From a virus (Duplodnaviria > Caudoviricetes): a stretch of DNA of 64,000 nt. Location of the stretch: positions 1,419 to 65,418 of the IMG/VR virus record IMGVR_UViG_3300012855_000001. The stretch is one strand, 5' to 3'. Under the pieces are notes generated by a model, which was not told the origin of the DNA, searched no databases, and saw only the letters and a list, made by a program, of their open reading frames with translations. Numbering within the stretch: position 1 is the stretch's first letter; the number at the start of each line of letters is the position of its first letter. Shown piece after piece: positions 18,476 through 28,526 of the stretch. The translations under genes were made by a program, and so were the position numbers.

Positions 18476-18518
18476 ATTATTTGTAACTTTGGCTTATTAA
18501 CAACCACAAACCACAGCC

Positions 18519-19484
18519 ATGAAAAAAGCTATATTAGAGAGGCTCCAGAAAGCGTACACGCCACAGGAGCTGGCAATTATCAACGATGTATTTGGTACAC
18601 TCGATGAGCACCACTTTGTTGTCAAGGCACCCAAACAGGTAAAAGAAAACCTGAGCTTATGGGTGGACGCAATGCTCACAAATCCAGCCTGGTTAAAGCC
18701 CATAGAGGGCAAAGGCAAAATGAAAACCTCGGATGCGCAGAAAATGCGCAAAAAGGCCACAGCTATTTGGGGGCCACAGGGTAAAGGCTGGGGTTTTGAG
18801 GAGACCCGGTACGAGATCAATAATTTTGGGAGCATTAAGCTGTCAGCAAACAGCGAGTTCCCGGCCATCCAATTGGTTTTCCATGCCATATTTTTTTATC
18901 ACTCTAACGGTGAGCGTGTAAGCTTTCCAATCACTACGGATATATGGATGTTTAGGAGTCAATTCGATAGCCGAACCAACCAGTATATGTACAAGCCAGT
19001 GAGTGATACTCACAAAATGGTAATGACAGACGCAATGAGTAAGGCTCTGTCATTTACTGGAGTGGGTACTGACCTATTTGAGGGCCTCCACGATGACAAC
19101 AAATACCAGGCGGCAGCGCGGGACGCTTTCCAGGCTTATGAGGTACCACAGACCAAAAAGCCAGAGCCTCCAAAGGCTCAGGAGGACAGCAACAAGTCCC
19201 GGCCGATGTCATTTAGCAAAGATCAAACCCTCTGGATAGTCAACGCAATGCTGGGGGGCAGCACCCACAATGAGGTTGTTGCCAAATTCCGAGAGAATGG
19301 CTTTACAGTGAATAACAATGATATTGCCATTATTAAAGGTATTGCCTCTCTCGTTGCCAAAAAGAAAGCCAACGAGCCAGCAAAGAACTGGCAAGAGGCG
19401 GCCAAAAAGGCACTGGGTGACAAGTACCTGCCAGTAAGCAAAGCAGTGGATACCGTAATGGGAAACACCCAGGACAATGGATAA
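18519..19484 (+). CDS. Rad52/Sak-like single-strand annealing protein
   Basis: WGPQGKGWGF...HKMVMTDAMSKALSFTGVGTDLFEGLHDDNKY. Confidence 0.75.
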   Translation: MKKAILERLQKAYTPQELAIINDVFGTLDEHHFVVKAPKQVKENLSLWVDAMLTNPAWLKPIEGKGKMKTSDAQKMRKKATAIWGPQGKGWGFEETRYEINNFGSIKLSANSEFPAIQLVFHAIFFYHSNGERVSFPITTDIWMFRSQFDSRTNQYMYKPVSDTHKMVMTDAMSKALSFTGVGTDLFEGLHDDNKYQAAARDAFQAYEVPQTKKPEPPKAQEDSNKSRPMSFSKDQTLWIVNAMLGGSTHNEVVAKFRENGFTVNNNDIAIIKGIASLVAKKKANEPAKNWQEAAKKALGDKYLPVSKAVDTVMGNTQDNG

Positions 19485-19974
19485 GGTGACTTATGACATA
19501 CCACTGCCAAACGAAGCGTTGATTTTAGAAGTGCAGGAGGCTCTCACATGGTATGGGGGCCTCCGAGTGGTTGAGGCTATACACTCGGATGAACTGAGGG
19601 CTATTAGGCGCAAGCTCTCAGCCGCTCAGTTTATGCTGGCACCAGAGCTGGGCCGGGCCCGGTATCTAAAGGAGGCCTCCAGGTTTCATGCCAGGCGGCA
19701 ACGCTCCCGGCTTTTTAGAGAGTACAGGGAGACCTCCAGGACAGATAAAATGGCATACGAGCTGGCACAGATCAACGTGGAGGATGAGGAGCAAGCCAGG
19801 GCCGTATACACTGGGGCGTATGACACGCTCACTGCTTTGATGGACTCCATTGACTCGGCCATTTATAGCATAGGGGATGACCTCCGAAAGCTAGAAAAGG
19901 AGATGAGTTACGATAAATTTCTCAATGACTTGCCAGCCACTGGCAGGTATAAAAAAAACAGTCATGCAGGTTAA
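19477..19974 (+). CDS. Helical protein, possibly a UvsY-like recombination mediator
   Basis: Coiled-coil composition and position after the annealase; the assignment is an inference. Confidence 0.35.
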   Translation: MDKVTYDIPLPNEALILEVQEALTWYGGLRVVEAIHSDELRAIRRKLSAAQFMLAPELGRARYLKEASRFHARRQRSRLFREYRETSRTDKMAYELAQINVEDEEQARAVYTGAYDTLTALMDSIDSAIYSIGDDLRKLEKEMSYDKFLNDLPATGRYKKNSHAG

Positions 19975-20272
19975 TTACAAACTCCCTATTTTGGGGGCGG
20001 TTATATTATTCGTATTTTGGTGTTTGTCAAATTACACGGCAAAGCCAAACCTCCCAGAGCCAGCAGACTCACAGGTGGATTTTGTGAGCTTTGGCAAGCC
20101 AGAGCCACTGCCTTTGAGTGTTGGCGACACTGTGGATTTAGACGGTGAGGTGCTCCTGGTGGTTGACGTTTTCCCAGAGCTGGGTGGCGTTGTATTGTCC
20201 TGGGGTGACAGCCTCGAAAATGAGACCTTTTATGAGATGGGTACACTAACTAAACTCAGTGCAAAATGGTAG
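19964..20272 (+). CDS. Small membrane-anchored protein
   Basis: N-terminal LPILGAVILFVFWCL. Confidence 0.6.
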   Translation: MQVNYKLPILGAVILFVFWCLSNYTAKPNLPEPADSQVDFVSFGKPEPLPLSVGDTVDLDGEVLLVVDVFPELGGVVLSWGDSLENETFYEMGTLTKLSAKW

Positions 20273-20664
20273 AATTGCAGCCAGTAAAACAAAGAGGCCC
20301 GAACATTAGTATAATGGGGCCACAGCCCATGTATAATGGGACACGCTCGGAGCCAATAACGTGCAAGAAGGGTGACGGTTTCACTACTTACAAATTTAAG
20401 CTCCCCAGCATTTTTACCAGGCTGTCCAGGCTAATTGTCCATTCGCGTGTACATATCAACAGCGATGGGGCAGGCAGGTTTATGGCCGGCACGGATGAGC
20501 TACACCTCCACAGGCTGGAGTATAAGCCCAGCCCGTCCAACGGAAAAGTGTATGTGAGCCATTTGCAGCTCACCACCTGGGAGGTGCTCAAATTTTTATT
20601 GGTGGGCAGGATTATTGTTAAATATCAAACAGGGGCTGAGAGGCCCACAAATGTGAGTTTATGA
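20266..20664 (+). CDS. Hypothetical protein
   Basis: 132-aa ORF overlapping its neighbours. Confidence 0.6.
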   Translation: MVELQPVKQRGPNISIMGPQPMYNGTRSEPITCKKGDGFTTYKFKLPSIFTRLSRLIVHSRVHINSDGAGRFMAGTDELHLHRLEYKPSPSNGKVYVSHLQLTTWEVLKFLLVGRIIVKYQTGAERPTNVSL

Positions 20665-21002
20665 GTATTAAGAACAAAACAGGTTATTTGGCTATTTTCA
20701 GCCTCATGGTACTAGCTGCGGCCACCATCGGTACGGCATACAATTACGTGCAGCTCCGAGAGGTGCGCAATGAGTTGGCAGTGTACCAGGAAAACCTCAG
20801 CCTCATGGAGTCTGACTCCGTAGTGGATAGGCTGGAGGGCCTGAGGCGGGCAATGGTAAACAATGACAGTGTGCTGGGGAGCTATTCTCTGACCACACGG
20901 CGTTTGTTTATTGACTACGTAAAAGCCCCAGACAGTGTAAGAAAACAGCTCCAGGTTAGAGCCTCCCCCCAGGACTCTCTCCCGGCTGTGGTTGACCAAT
21001 AA
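20661..21002 (+). CDS. N-terminal TM plus coiled-coil protein (spanin-like topology)
   Basis: KNK then GYLAIFSLMVLAAATIGTAY, then a helical region. Confidence 0.55.
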   Translation: MSIKNKTGYLAIFSLMVLAAATIGTAYNYVQLREVRNELAVYQENLSLMESDSVVDRLEGLRRAMVNNDSVLGSYSLTTRRLFIDYVKAPDSVRKQLQVRASPQDSLPAVVDQ

Positions 21003-21049
21003 GGAGCTGGCAGGCCTCCAGGTGTTAGACACGCAAAAGCAAAATTCCC

Positions 21050-21661
21050 ATGACATTAGACAACACGACCCTGGGGGCCATTGCTGGACTGGTCACAGCT
21101 CTCACTGGCATTTTGATTGCATACTATAACAGGCAAAAAAACAAATCCAGTGCAAAGCTGGATAAGTTTGATTTTTTATTTAAGGAGCGGGAGCGGGAGC
21201 TGGCCCGCTGCCGAGAGGATAACACTTCTCTCAGGCTGGAGCTGGAAAAATCGCAAGCCCAGCGGGACACATACCTGGCACAGCGTGCTCAACTGGTTTC
21301 TCAAATGCAACTTTTGCGGATGTCCAGGAGCGCGTCTCAACTGCCTGAGTTGGTGGTTGGGAATGATGGGGAGGTGTTGAGTTTTAACAGGCAATTCCAG
21401 GAGCTTATGGGCATAACTCACACGGAGCTGGTGGGTAAGAGAGAGGAGGCTGTTTATGCCTCTGAGGAGTCTGCCAAAGCCTCCAGGCTCAGAGATCAAC
21501 AAGTAATTAAGACCGCAGAGGTGGTTTACTCATTTGAGCATTACGGTGGCCGGGAGTTTGTAGTTGTACGGTATGCAATCACAGCAGGACTGGCTCCGTT
21601 CGCAGTCAACAGGGTGCTCCTCGATTTTGATAAACTCAAAACTTTAGCAAATGGACGTTAG
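21050..21661 (+). CDS. Membrane-anchored coiled-coil PAS-domain protein
   Basis: TM LGAIAGLVTALTGILIAYY; heptad region; PAS-like LVVGNDGEVLSFNRQFQELMGITHTELVGK. Confidence 0.7.
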   Translation: MTLDNTTLGAIAGLVTALTGILIAYYNRQKNKSSAKLDKFDFLFKERERELARCREDNTSLRLELEKSQAQRDTYLAQRAQLVSQMQLLRMSRSASQLPELVVGNDGEVLSFNRQFQELMGITHTELVGKREEAVYASEESAKASRLRDQQVIKTAEVVYSFEHYGGREFVVVRYAITAGLAPFAVNRVLLDFDKLKTLANGR

Positions 21662-22097
21662 ATTTGTATTTACTCCAGTTCACCGCATGTGTGAAATAAA
21701 GCCCCAGCCGCGTGTTGGTGTTCAGTCAATTGGCAAACTAGAGCTGCCAAAGCCCATGCAGAAAATGGCAACAAATACCCCATTGACTCCTCCCCCCACA
21801 ATGTGGGCAGAGCCTGAGGCTCAGACCCCAAAGGGAGTGGCAAGGCTTTACAGGCAGGCGATGGTCAAAGTCAGTGTGGAGGATATGCTAAAAAGCTTGT
21901 CACGCAGGGGCATAAAAGCCCTCCACATACTTTACATGGCAGACCTCCCCAGGCAGGCTGCTGTTGCGTATGAATTACGTAATTTTCTGGTGGAGAACGG
22001 ACTCAAAACCCAGGGCACTGGGCTGCTCAAAACCTACCTGCAAAGCCCATACATACCAGCAGATACGGCCCAGGAATCTCAGGCCTCTCTCTTTTAG
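21651..22097 (+). CDS. Hypothetical protein
   Basis: 148-aa ORF. Confidence 0.6.
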   Translation: MDVRFVFTPVHRMCEIKPQPRVGVQSIGKLELPKPMQKMATNTPLTPPPTMWAEPEAQTPKGVARLYRQAMVKVSVEDMLKSLSRRGIKALHILYMADLPRQAAVAYELRNFLVENGLKTQGTGLLKTYLQSPYIPADTAQESQASLF

Positions 22098-22166
22098 GTC
22101 TTAAAAAATTTGGGACATTGAAAGTATTTGCATATCTTTGAGGCTAAGCAATAACAACCACAAACC

Positions 22167-22901
22167 ATGAGTAAAAAACAGCAAAAAGAAAAGGCAGAGG
22201 CTCCAGAGTACACGCTGGTGGACTTTGAGCACTGCCCGGTCTCTTTTCCTTACCCTACCCCAGAGGAGATGGCCAAAGACCGTAGACGCGTATCCATGCA
22301 CAACCTGGCTGTTGCGTGTGGATGGGCTAATGAAAACCAGGCGCGGGAGGTCTATAAGTTAGCAGGCAGGCAAATGCGTGTTTTCCGAACTACAGAGGAG
22401 CGAGAGGCAGACCCGTGGAGGTATTCCATTTGCAGCTCTTTAGACGTGGAGTGCCAGGGGGGGATGTTGGATTTTTACGCTCCCAACCCTCGGCTCTTAT
22501 TCCAGCAGGACAGCAGCTCTGATTTTCAGCATGTATTTGAGCGCCACCATTTAGTCCCTTTCAATCACGGGGATATACGGGTATGGCTAAAGCCAGGTAC
22601 CAACCTGAAACGAAGCTATATAGACGCGTTTTGCGTGGGTGGGCTAAATTTCCGGCACAATGAGCTGGAGGCGGCTGAGATAATTGCCGCAATGGCTGAG
22701 GCTGCCCACATGGCATACGCGGTGGTGCCTACAAAGCAGGTACAGGTAAACCCTGGGTATGAGGCCAAAGACCTGGCCCAGGTAATGGAATATTTGACTT
22801 TTAAGGGTGTGCCATTCGAGGTGCAGCCTTTTAAACCTATACATGGCTTTTATTTAATCACAGCCTCCCACGCTAAGCATTGGCGGCGGTGGGTTTGGTA
22901 A
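22167..22901 (+). CDS. Hypothetical protein
   Basis: 244-aa ORF after a TATCTTTG promoter box and the ACCACAAACC leader. Confidence 0.75.
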   Translation: MSKKQQKEKAEAPEYTLVDFEHCPVSFPYPTPEEMAKDRRRVSMHNLAVACGWANENQAREVYKLAGRQMRVFRTTEEREADPWRYSICSSLDVECQGGMLDFYAPNPRLLFQQDSSSDFQHVFERHHLVPFNHGDIRVWLKPGTNLKRSYIDAFCVGGLNFRHNELEAAEIIAAMAEAAHMAYAVVPTKQVQVNPGYEAKDLAQVMEYLTFKGVPFEVQPFKPIHGFYLITASHAKHWRRWVW

Positions 22902-22928
22902 CCACATTTTAAACCACAAATCACAATT

Positions 22929-23504
22929 ATGACACCACGGTATTTATTTTTCGACACAGAGACCACAGGCACTGGCAATGATCATTGTATCTGGCAGATT
23001 GCCGGCCGTATTTACGACCTCGAAAAGCGGGAGGTTTTAAAGGAGTTCAACTTTAAGATGTGCCCAGCCAGGACTGATAACGTAAGCCCCAAAGCCCTGG
23101 AGGTAGGTGGCATTACGCTGGAGGAGATGAAAACGTACCCACCCCAGCGCGAAGTATTCAAAAAGTTTATGGCCATGCTGGATGGCACGGTGGACAAGTT
23201 CAACAAAAAGGACAAATTGTTTATGGCCGCATACAACGCCAAATTTGATGAGCGGATGCTCCGCAATTGGTTTGCGCAGAACGGGGAGCGGTACTTTGGC
23301 AGTTACTTTTTTAACGGGGCCGTGGATGTCATGGCACTGGCAGCAAACCACCTGAGAAACCAGCGGCACGAGATGGAAAATTTTAAACTTGAAACCGTTG
23401 CCCTCCACTTGGGTGTTGCGGATGCCTCCACGGAGTGGCACGATGCAGCCTATGATATAGAGGCTACGTTTCAGGTATGGGCAAAAATTGACAGCGATGG
23501 ATAA
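22929..23504 (+). CDS. DEDDh 3'-5' exonuclease (DnaQ-like)
   Basis: FFDTETTG, AYNAKFD and HDAAYDI motifs. Confidence 0.9.
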   Translation: MTPRYLFFDTETTGTGNDHCIWQIAGRIYDLEKREVLKEFNFKMCPARTDNVSPKALEVGGITLEEMKTYPPQREVFKKFMAMLDGTVDKFNKKDKLFMAAYNAKFDERMLRNWFAQNGERYFGSYFFNGAVDVMALAANHLRNQRHEMENFKLETVALHLGVADASTEWHDAAYDIEATFQVWAKIDSDG

Positions 23505-24096
23505 TGAGTTTTATATGGCACCACCTCCTGGGTACATTGATTTGCGGGTACAGCTCCAGGCAATGGGATACATGGAGGAGGTCAAACCGGGTGTTTACCG
23601 TTTCAGCCTGGGGTATTTTCGTTATGCTGGAGAGGAGCGGACGGGCACAGTAAGTATGTCAGGGGATGAGGGAGAGATCACAGGAGGAGCTGTTTACTTC
23701 CTCCATACGTGCGCAAAGGCCCTGACGTTTAACATAAGCGACTCAGCAGAAAAAGCTGGAATCGGAGACGCTGAGGACTTGACATTTGAGGTGGGAGCGT
23801 CTATACTCCAGATGGAGAGCATGGTGGACGCAACCAAGCAGGTGGAACCATGGGAGGACACGCTCGATTTTCTGGGCCTGGTAAAGCAAAAGGACAGCCT
23901 CAGGCCTGGCCCTGTCCGTGTGGTTTTTGAGGAGCATGAGCACGACCTTTTACTTTCCAGTCTGGAGCTGGCCCTCAGGGCTATTGACAAATTAGGGTAC
24001 GATAGTGAGTTGTATGACTCGGCAGAGGAGCAAAAAAAGGCTCTCTTTGAGTTGTCCGATAATATGCTTAAATTGCGTACCAGGGGGAGAATTTAG
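23497..24096 (+). CDS. Hypothetical protein
   Basis: About 199-aa ORF followed by a terminator near 24139-24172. Confidence 0.65.
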   Translation: MDNEFYMAPPPGYIDLRVQLQAMGYMEEVKPGVYRFSLGYFRYAGEERTGTVSMSGDEGEITGGAVYFLHTCAKALTFNISDSAEKAGIGDAEDLTFEVGASILQMESMVDATKQVEPWEDTLDFLGLVKQKDSLRPGPVRVVFEEHEHDLLLSSLELALRAIDKLGYDSELYDSAEEQKKALFELSDNMLKLRTRGRI

Positions 24097-24249
24097 TTTT
24101 TTCATACTTTTAACGGGTTTTAGGTGTTTATTTTTTGCAGGACGCTCAGGTGTAAAAGCCTGGGCGTTTTTTGGTTGGGGCAATGGCTGCCCTAAGGCTG
24201 TTTCATATGTGCTTAAATTTCAGTATATTTGGAACATCAAAGGACAAAA

Positions 24250-24747
24250 ATGGCAGGCATTATGGATGGAATCAAAGAGATAGTTTTAACCTCGAATTTT
24301 GCAAGTTTGCGAAGGATTGCCCAAAATCCTCAGTTGTACCCGGTAAGCATTGCCCGGTACACTCCCAGGGGGGTGGATGTCCCGGCATACCCAGACCTTG
24401 CTCCTGCTGCTCACCTGGTGGGCAAATCTGTTGACCCTATGCGGTACGTCAAAGAGTACACACGCCAATTGGCCAACGCTCCCGTTGATGCAATCCTCAT
24501 GGAGTTACTGGAGATGAGTGAGGGCCGTGTGCCCGTACTGCTTTGCTATGAGTCCCCAGACCCGGTTTTGATTGCTAAGATACACAGAGCAAAGAAGCTC
24601 AGCGAGGTGGCAGAGTTGATGCAGACCCACAGGCGGCATTTTTGCCACAGGCACCTGGTCAGCCGCTGGCTGTCATATTACAACTTCCCCACCTCTGAGT
24701 TTAGTTCTGTCCATTCAATGACCCCACAACTCCAGGCCAATGTATAA
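24250..24747 (+). CDS. DUF488-like protein
   Basis: TSNFA...VSIARYTP...DLAP...VLLCYE...FCHRHLVSRWL. Confidence 0.7.
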   Translation: MAGIMDGIKEIVLTSNFASLRRIAQNPQLYPVSIARYTPRGVDVPAYPDLAPAAHLVGKSVDPMRYVKEYTRQLANAPVDAILMELLEMSEGRVPVLLCYESPDPVLIAKIHRAKKLSEVAELMQTHRRHFCHRHLVSRWLSYYNFPTSEFSSVHSMTPQLQANV

Positions 24748-25540
24748 CGAGATACAGACACACAGGGAGCTGGGCCGGCTGTTGCGTCTGGGAAACTACC
24801 AGGCGGCAGAGAAAGCCCCGGCGCATGAGTACACGGTAAAGCATGACTGGGACGTGTGGCGTTTTGAGGAGGCTGTCCAGATGATCAAAGACCATGGCAC
24901 CCTGGAGGGTACCCGTTTTGTATACCCGGCCAATGGGTTTGAGTACGTAGTGGAGGACATCCCCACTCATAAAACGTATGTCATCAAACGGCACAAAAAG
25001 GAGTACAGCTCCGTGTACAGTGATTTTGTCCGGCAGTACCTCCACGCTATGGATTGCACCGGCCCGAAAAAGACAGCCAGGGAGGAGGCCTCAAACGTGT
25101 TGCCCCAGGTGCAAGGCCGCACCCTGGAGGTAGGGGTGGGCAGCGGGCAGTCATTGGCACACCAGTGGAGCCTCAGCCCTATGGGGTACACAGGTGTGGA
25201 GGTATGCCCAGAGCTGGCCCATTATGCGAAAACCAGACATAGGGGGTACCACATTATAAATTGCAGCCTGGAGCACCTCACTGAGTATGGGTTTAAAACC
25301 ATTTTTGCACTGGGGGGCACTGCCTCATACTTTACAGACAATGACACCCAGCGGGTATTTGACCTCCTGGCTCCAGGTGGCACTGCTTATTTATCGTATT
25401 ACCTGGTGGGCCGTACTGGCTGGGCCGAGATGTTTGGGCACGGTGCCCCACTTAAAAAGATAGACCCCAGGAAAGTCCTGGAGGAGTCTTTACTGGGTGT
25501 GTGGGGGGATTACGCTGTATTAACCATAAAGAAGCCATGA
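24740..25540 (+). CDS. Class I SAM-dependent methyltransferase with an extra N-terminal domain
   Basis: TLEVGVGSG motif I, YTGVE motif II, LLAPGG. Confidence 0.75.
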   Translation: MYNEIQTHRELGRLLRLGNYQAAEKAPAHEYTVKHDWDVWRFEEAVQMIKDHGTLEGTRFVYPANGFEYVVEDIPTHKTYVIKRHKKEYSSVYSDFVRQYLHAMDCTGPKKTAREEASNVLPQVQGRTLEVGVGSGQSLAHQWSLSPMGYTGVEVCPELAHYAKTRHRGYHIINCSLEHLTEYGFKTIFALGGTASYFTDNDTQRVFDLLAPGGTAYLSYYLVGRTGWAEMFGHGAPLKKIDPRKVLEESLLGVWGDYAVLTIKKP

Positions 25541-26070
25541 GCAGCATTAAAACAGCACAATGGGCAAAGGTAGAACTCAGCCCCTCGGAGATGTTCCAGG
25601 GCGCAAACGTGGGCCTCATGCGGCAGCTCAAAGCCATCCAGAAAGGTTTAAAGCACGTAAACGAGGGAGACGCAAAGCACATAGGGAAGTCAGGGAGCTG
25701 GGCCTGGCATGTGGAGGGAGCAATGGCAGAGATGGCCGTGGCAAAGTACCTGGGCCTGTTCTGGAGTGGTACCGTAGGCGTATTGGGCCCAGGAGACGTG
25801 GCCGGCGTTATCGAGGTACGGCAAACAGATAGGCACGGCGGGCGTTTGATCATTAGGCCGAAAGATGCAGGGAGGGTGCCTTATGTGCTTGTTACTGGAT
25901 TTTTTGGAGAGTACAGGCTCCAGGGGTGGCTGTATGGAGATGAGGGCAGGAGAGAGCAGTATTTGAACGCTCCAAACGGCAGGCCTCCCGCGTACATGGT
26001 ACCCCAGAATGAGCTGAGACCCATGAGTGAGCTGGTTTTATTGACACAACAGGAGAGCAATGGCAAGTAA
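25537..26070 (+). CDS. Putative PD-(D/E)XK-like nuclease
   Basis: GAMAEMAVAKYL...GDV...IEVR pattern. Confidence 0.4.
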   Translation: MSSIKTAQWAKVELSPSEMFQGANVGLMRQLKAIQKGLKHVNEGDAKHIGKSGSWAWHVEGAMAEMAVAKYLGLFWSGTVGVLGPGDVAGVIEVRQTDRHGGRLIIRPKDAGRVPYVLVTGFFGEYRLQGWLYGDEGRREQYLNAPNGRPPAYMVPQNELRPMSELVLLTQQESNGK

Positions 26071-26635
26071 AAAGCAAAAGAGGTATACCAAAAAGCAGCT
26101 CATTGACATGGCTGTGGAGATCATAGGGAGCCAGGAGGGAGTGTATGACTTTTACACCCTGTCTGCTGCCCTACCCATCAACCTCAAACAGTTCTATGCA
26201 AAAAAGCTGGAACAGTCAGAGGAGATAAAGGAGGCTCTCAGGCACAACATGGAGGAGCTGGCCCTGGCAAAGATCGACAAACACAGTCTTTACTTTGTGG
26301 AGGATTTGACCACATATCTGCCCATCTCCAGGAGGACGTTTTACGACATGGGTTTGCATAGTGTGCACACAATAAGAGAGGCACTCCTGGCAAATAAGCT
26401 CCGAAAAAAGGCAAAGCTCAGGCGCAAGTGGGAGAGCAATGGCAATGCAACGACTGAGATAGTGCTGTATAAGCTCCTGGCTAATGAGGATGAGCTGGCC
26501 CGTCTAAATGGCACAGACCAGACACACACTGTAAAACTGGATGGTGCGTTTAAGGAGCTGGCCAAGTGGTCAGAGGTACCGCTGGCAGACCGCAAAAAGC
26601 TACTGGAGACCATTAAAAGCCTGGGCAGTGAATGA
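26060..26635 (+). CDS. terS: Terminase small subunit
   Basis: Helical HTH-like duplicated segments, directly upstream of and overlapping terL. Confidence 0.65.
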   Translation: MASKKQKRYTKKQLIDMAVEIIGSQEGVYDFYTLSAALPINLKQFYAKKLEQSEEIKEALRHNMEELALAKIDKHSLYFVEDLTTYLPISRRTFYDMGLHSVHTIREALLANKLRKKAKLRRKWESNGNATTEIVLYKLLANEDELARLNGTDQTHTVKLDGAFKELAKWSEVPLADRKKLLETIKSLGSE

Positions 26636-28074
26636 GCACAAACGATATAATAAAGCTCCAGGGCAGCGTCCTAAAAGATGACTACCTGGAGTTTTTTAAA
26701 TTCTTTTGGAAGTACACCAGCAATGACCCACTGATATACAACTGGCACCTGGGGTTTTTGGCGGCCGAATTGCAGGAGGTTGGTAGTTGGATAATCAACA
26801 GGCAGCCCAGACAGTATGACCTCCTAATAAATGTCCCTCCCGGCACGTCAAAATCCACCCTCACCTCTGTAATGTTCCACCCGTGGCTCTGGGCCAATAT
26901 GCCAGAGTGCAGGATAATAACAGGCTCCCATACTGGCAGCCTCATGGTCAGGAACAGCTCCAAATCCAAGGACATAATAAAGTCAGAGGAGTACAGGGCC
27001 ATGTTTGATTACATAGGCATACGCTCAGATTTTGACTCCAAATATTACTACAAAAACACAATGGGCGGGGAGCGTATAAACACCTCTGCCGGGGCCTCGA
27101 TCATTGGCTCACACGCTCACCTCATACTCATTGATGACCCCATAGACGCAAAGGGCAGCCGCTCAGAGGCCAAAGTGCTCCAGGCAAAAGACTGGGTGGA
27201 GAAAACCCTGCCTACCCGTAAAGTGGAAAAGGCAAATACTCCACTCATAATGATAATGCAGAGGCTCAGCGAGGATGACCCCAGCGGCGTGTGGCTGGAG
27301 GCAATGAAAAAGGAGGGCCGGCCAGTGCGGCACATCTGCCTCCCTGCCAGCGATGAGTACCCCATAAGCCCACCAGAGGCCCGGCAGTATTACCAGGGTG
27401 GCCTGCTAGACCCCAAACGTATGCCCCAGGCAGAGCTGGACAAACTCCTGGGCGTTCTGGGTTCTATCGAGTACGCGGGCCAGTTTGGGCAGTCCCCCAC
27501 CGCTGGTGGCGGTAATATCATTACTGAGTCAATGCTGCCAGTGCTCGACTGGAACAGGCTGCCAGAGGGTTTTAATGAGCTAAGCGTAAACTTTGTGGTG
27601 GACTCCAGTGACAAGACAGGCAAAGAGAATGACCCCACAGGCATACTGGCCTATGTGGCGTACAAAGGATATGTTTTCCTGGTGGATTACATCAAAGTAA
27701 AGCAGCGGTTTGCAAAGCGCATAGAGAGCCTCCAGGCTTTTGTCAGGAAGTATGGGCACCCAAACAGCCGCATATACATAGAGCCAAAAAGCTCAGGGGT
27801 GGCCATGTACCAATACCTCACAGACGTGGCAGGTATGCTGGCAGAGGAGTGGAAAATGGCAGAGGGTGACAAAGTGAGGAGGGCCAAAGCCATTACCCCA
27901 TTTATGGAACAGCACAGAGTCTGGCTCCTGAGAGGCTCCTGGAACCAGCGTTTTATATCTCAGTGTACGGGTTTTCCCAATATGGCCCATGATGAGGAGG
28001 TGGATTGCCTGGTAATGGCTGTGACAAATGCCCTGGTACGCGGGGAGGACTCGCATTACAATTTTTACGATTAA
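26632..28074 (+). CDS. terL: Terminase large subunit
   Basis: NVPPGTSKS Walker A, LILIDDP Walker B, nuclease VDSSD...NDPTG and HDEEVDC motifs. Confidence 0.92.
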   Translation: MSTNDIIKLQGSVLKDDYLEFFKFFWKYTSNDPLIYNWHLGFLAAELQEVGSWIINRQPRQYDLLINVPPGTSKSTLTSVMFHPWLWANMPECRIITGSHTGSLMVRNSSKSKDIIKSEEYRAMFDYIGIRSDFDSKYYYKNTMGGERINTSAGASIIGSHAHLILIDDPIDAKGSRSEAKVLQAKDWVEKTLPTRKVEKANTPLIMIMQRLSEDDPSGVWLEAMKKEGRPVRHICLPASDEYPISPPEARQYYQGGLLDPKRMPQAELDKLLGVLGSIEYAGQFGQSPTAGGGNIITESMLPVLDWNRLPEGFNELSVNFVVDSSDKTGKENDPTGILAYVAYKGYVFLVDYIKVKQRFAKRIESLQAFVRKYGHPNSRIYIEPKSSGVAMYQYLTDVAGMLAEEWKMAEGDKVRRAKAITPFMEQHRVWLLRGSWNQRFISQCTGFPNMAHDEEVDCLVMAVTNALVRGEDSHYNFYD

Positions 28075-28109
28075 AAGCCTATCTTTGGTATTTACCAAAA
28101 CCGCTGAGT

Positions 28110-28361
28110 ATGCCACTAAGTGCCTGCTGTTCAATCCCTGTTATTAACCCCACCAGATGCAATGGTGCAAAGGCTGACGCTGGCCCTGCATTAAAGTTTT
28201 TAGCTGTGTTTGTGGACATCTGCCTGGAGCGTGGGGCCTCACTGCCTGGAGGTTTAAATGTAAACCTGGAGTCCGTCCCACATGAGGGGGGCAGGCTCTC
28301 AATTGAGCTGTTGCTCTCCCCAGAGGAGGCCCAGCGTTTAATGAGATCAAAGAGCGAGTGA
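28110..28361 (+). CDS. Hypothetical protein
   Basis: ATG 28110 in track ORF 28005-28361. Confidence 0.4.
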   Translation: MPLSACCSIPVINPTRCNGAKADAGPALKFLAVFVDICLERGASLPGGLNVNLESVPHEGGRLSIELLLSPEEAQRLMRSKSE

Positions 28362-28526
28362 GAAACAGGCCCAGAGCCTGGAGTATTACTCCCCCGTGGG
28401 GCACCCTCCTGCCTGGGCTGCCTCACTTTTTTTTACAGATAAATGCCAAATTATTTGGAATTGTCCAGACTTATGTGCACCTTTGTAATTGTCAGAGAGA
28501 GACACACAACACACAAACCAAAGATT

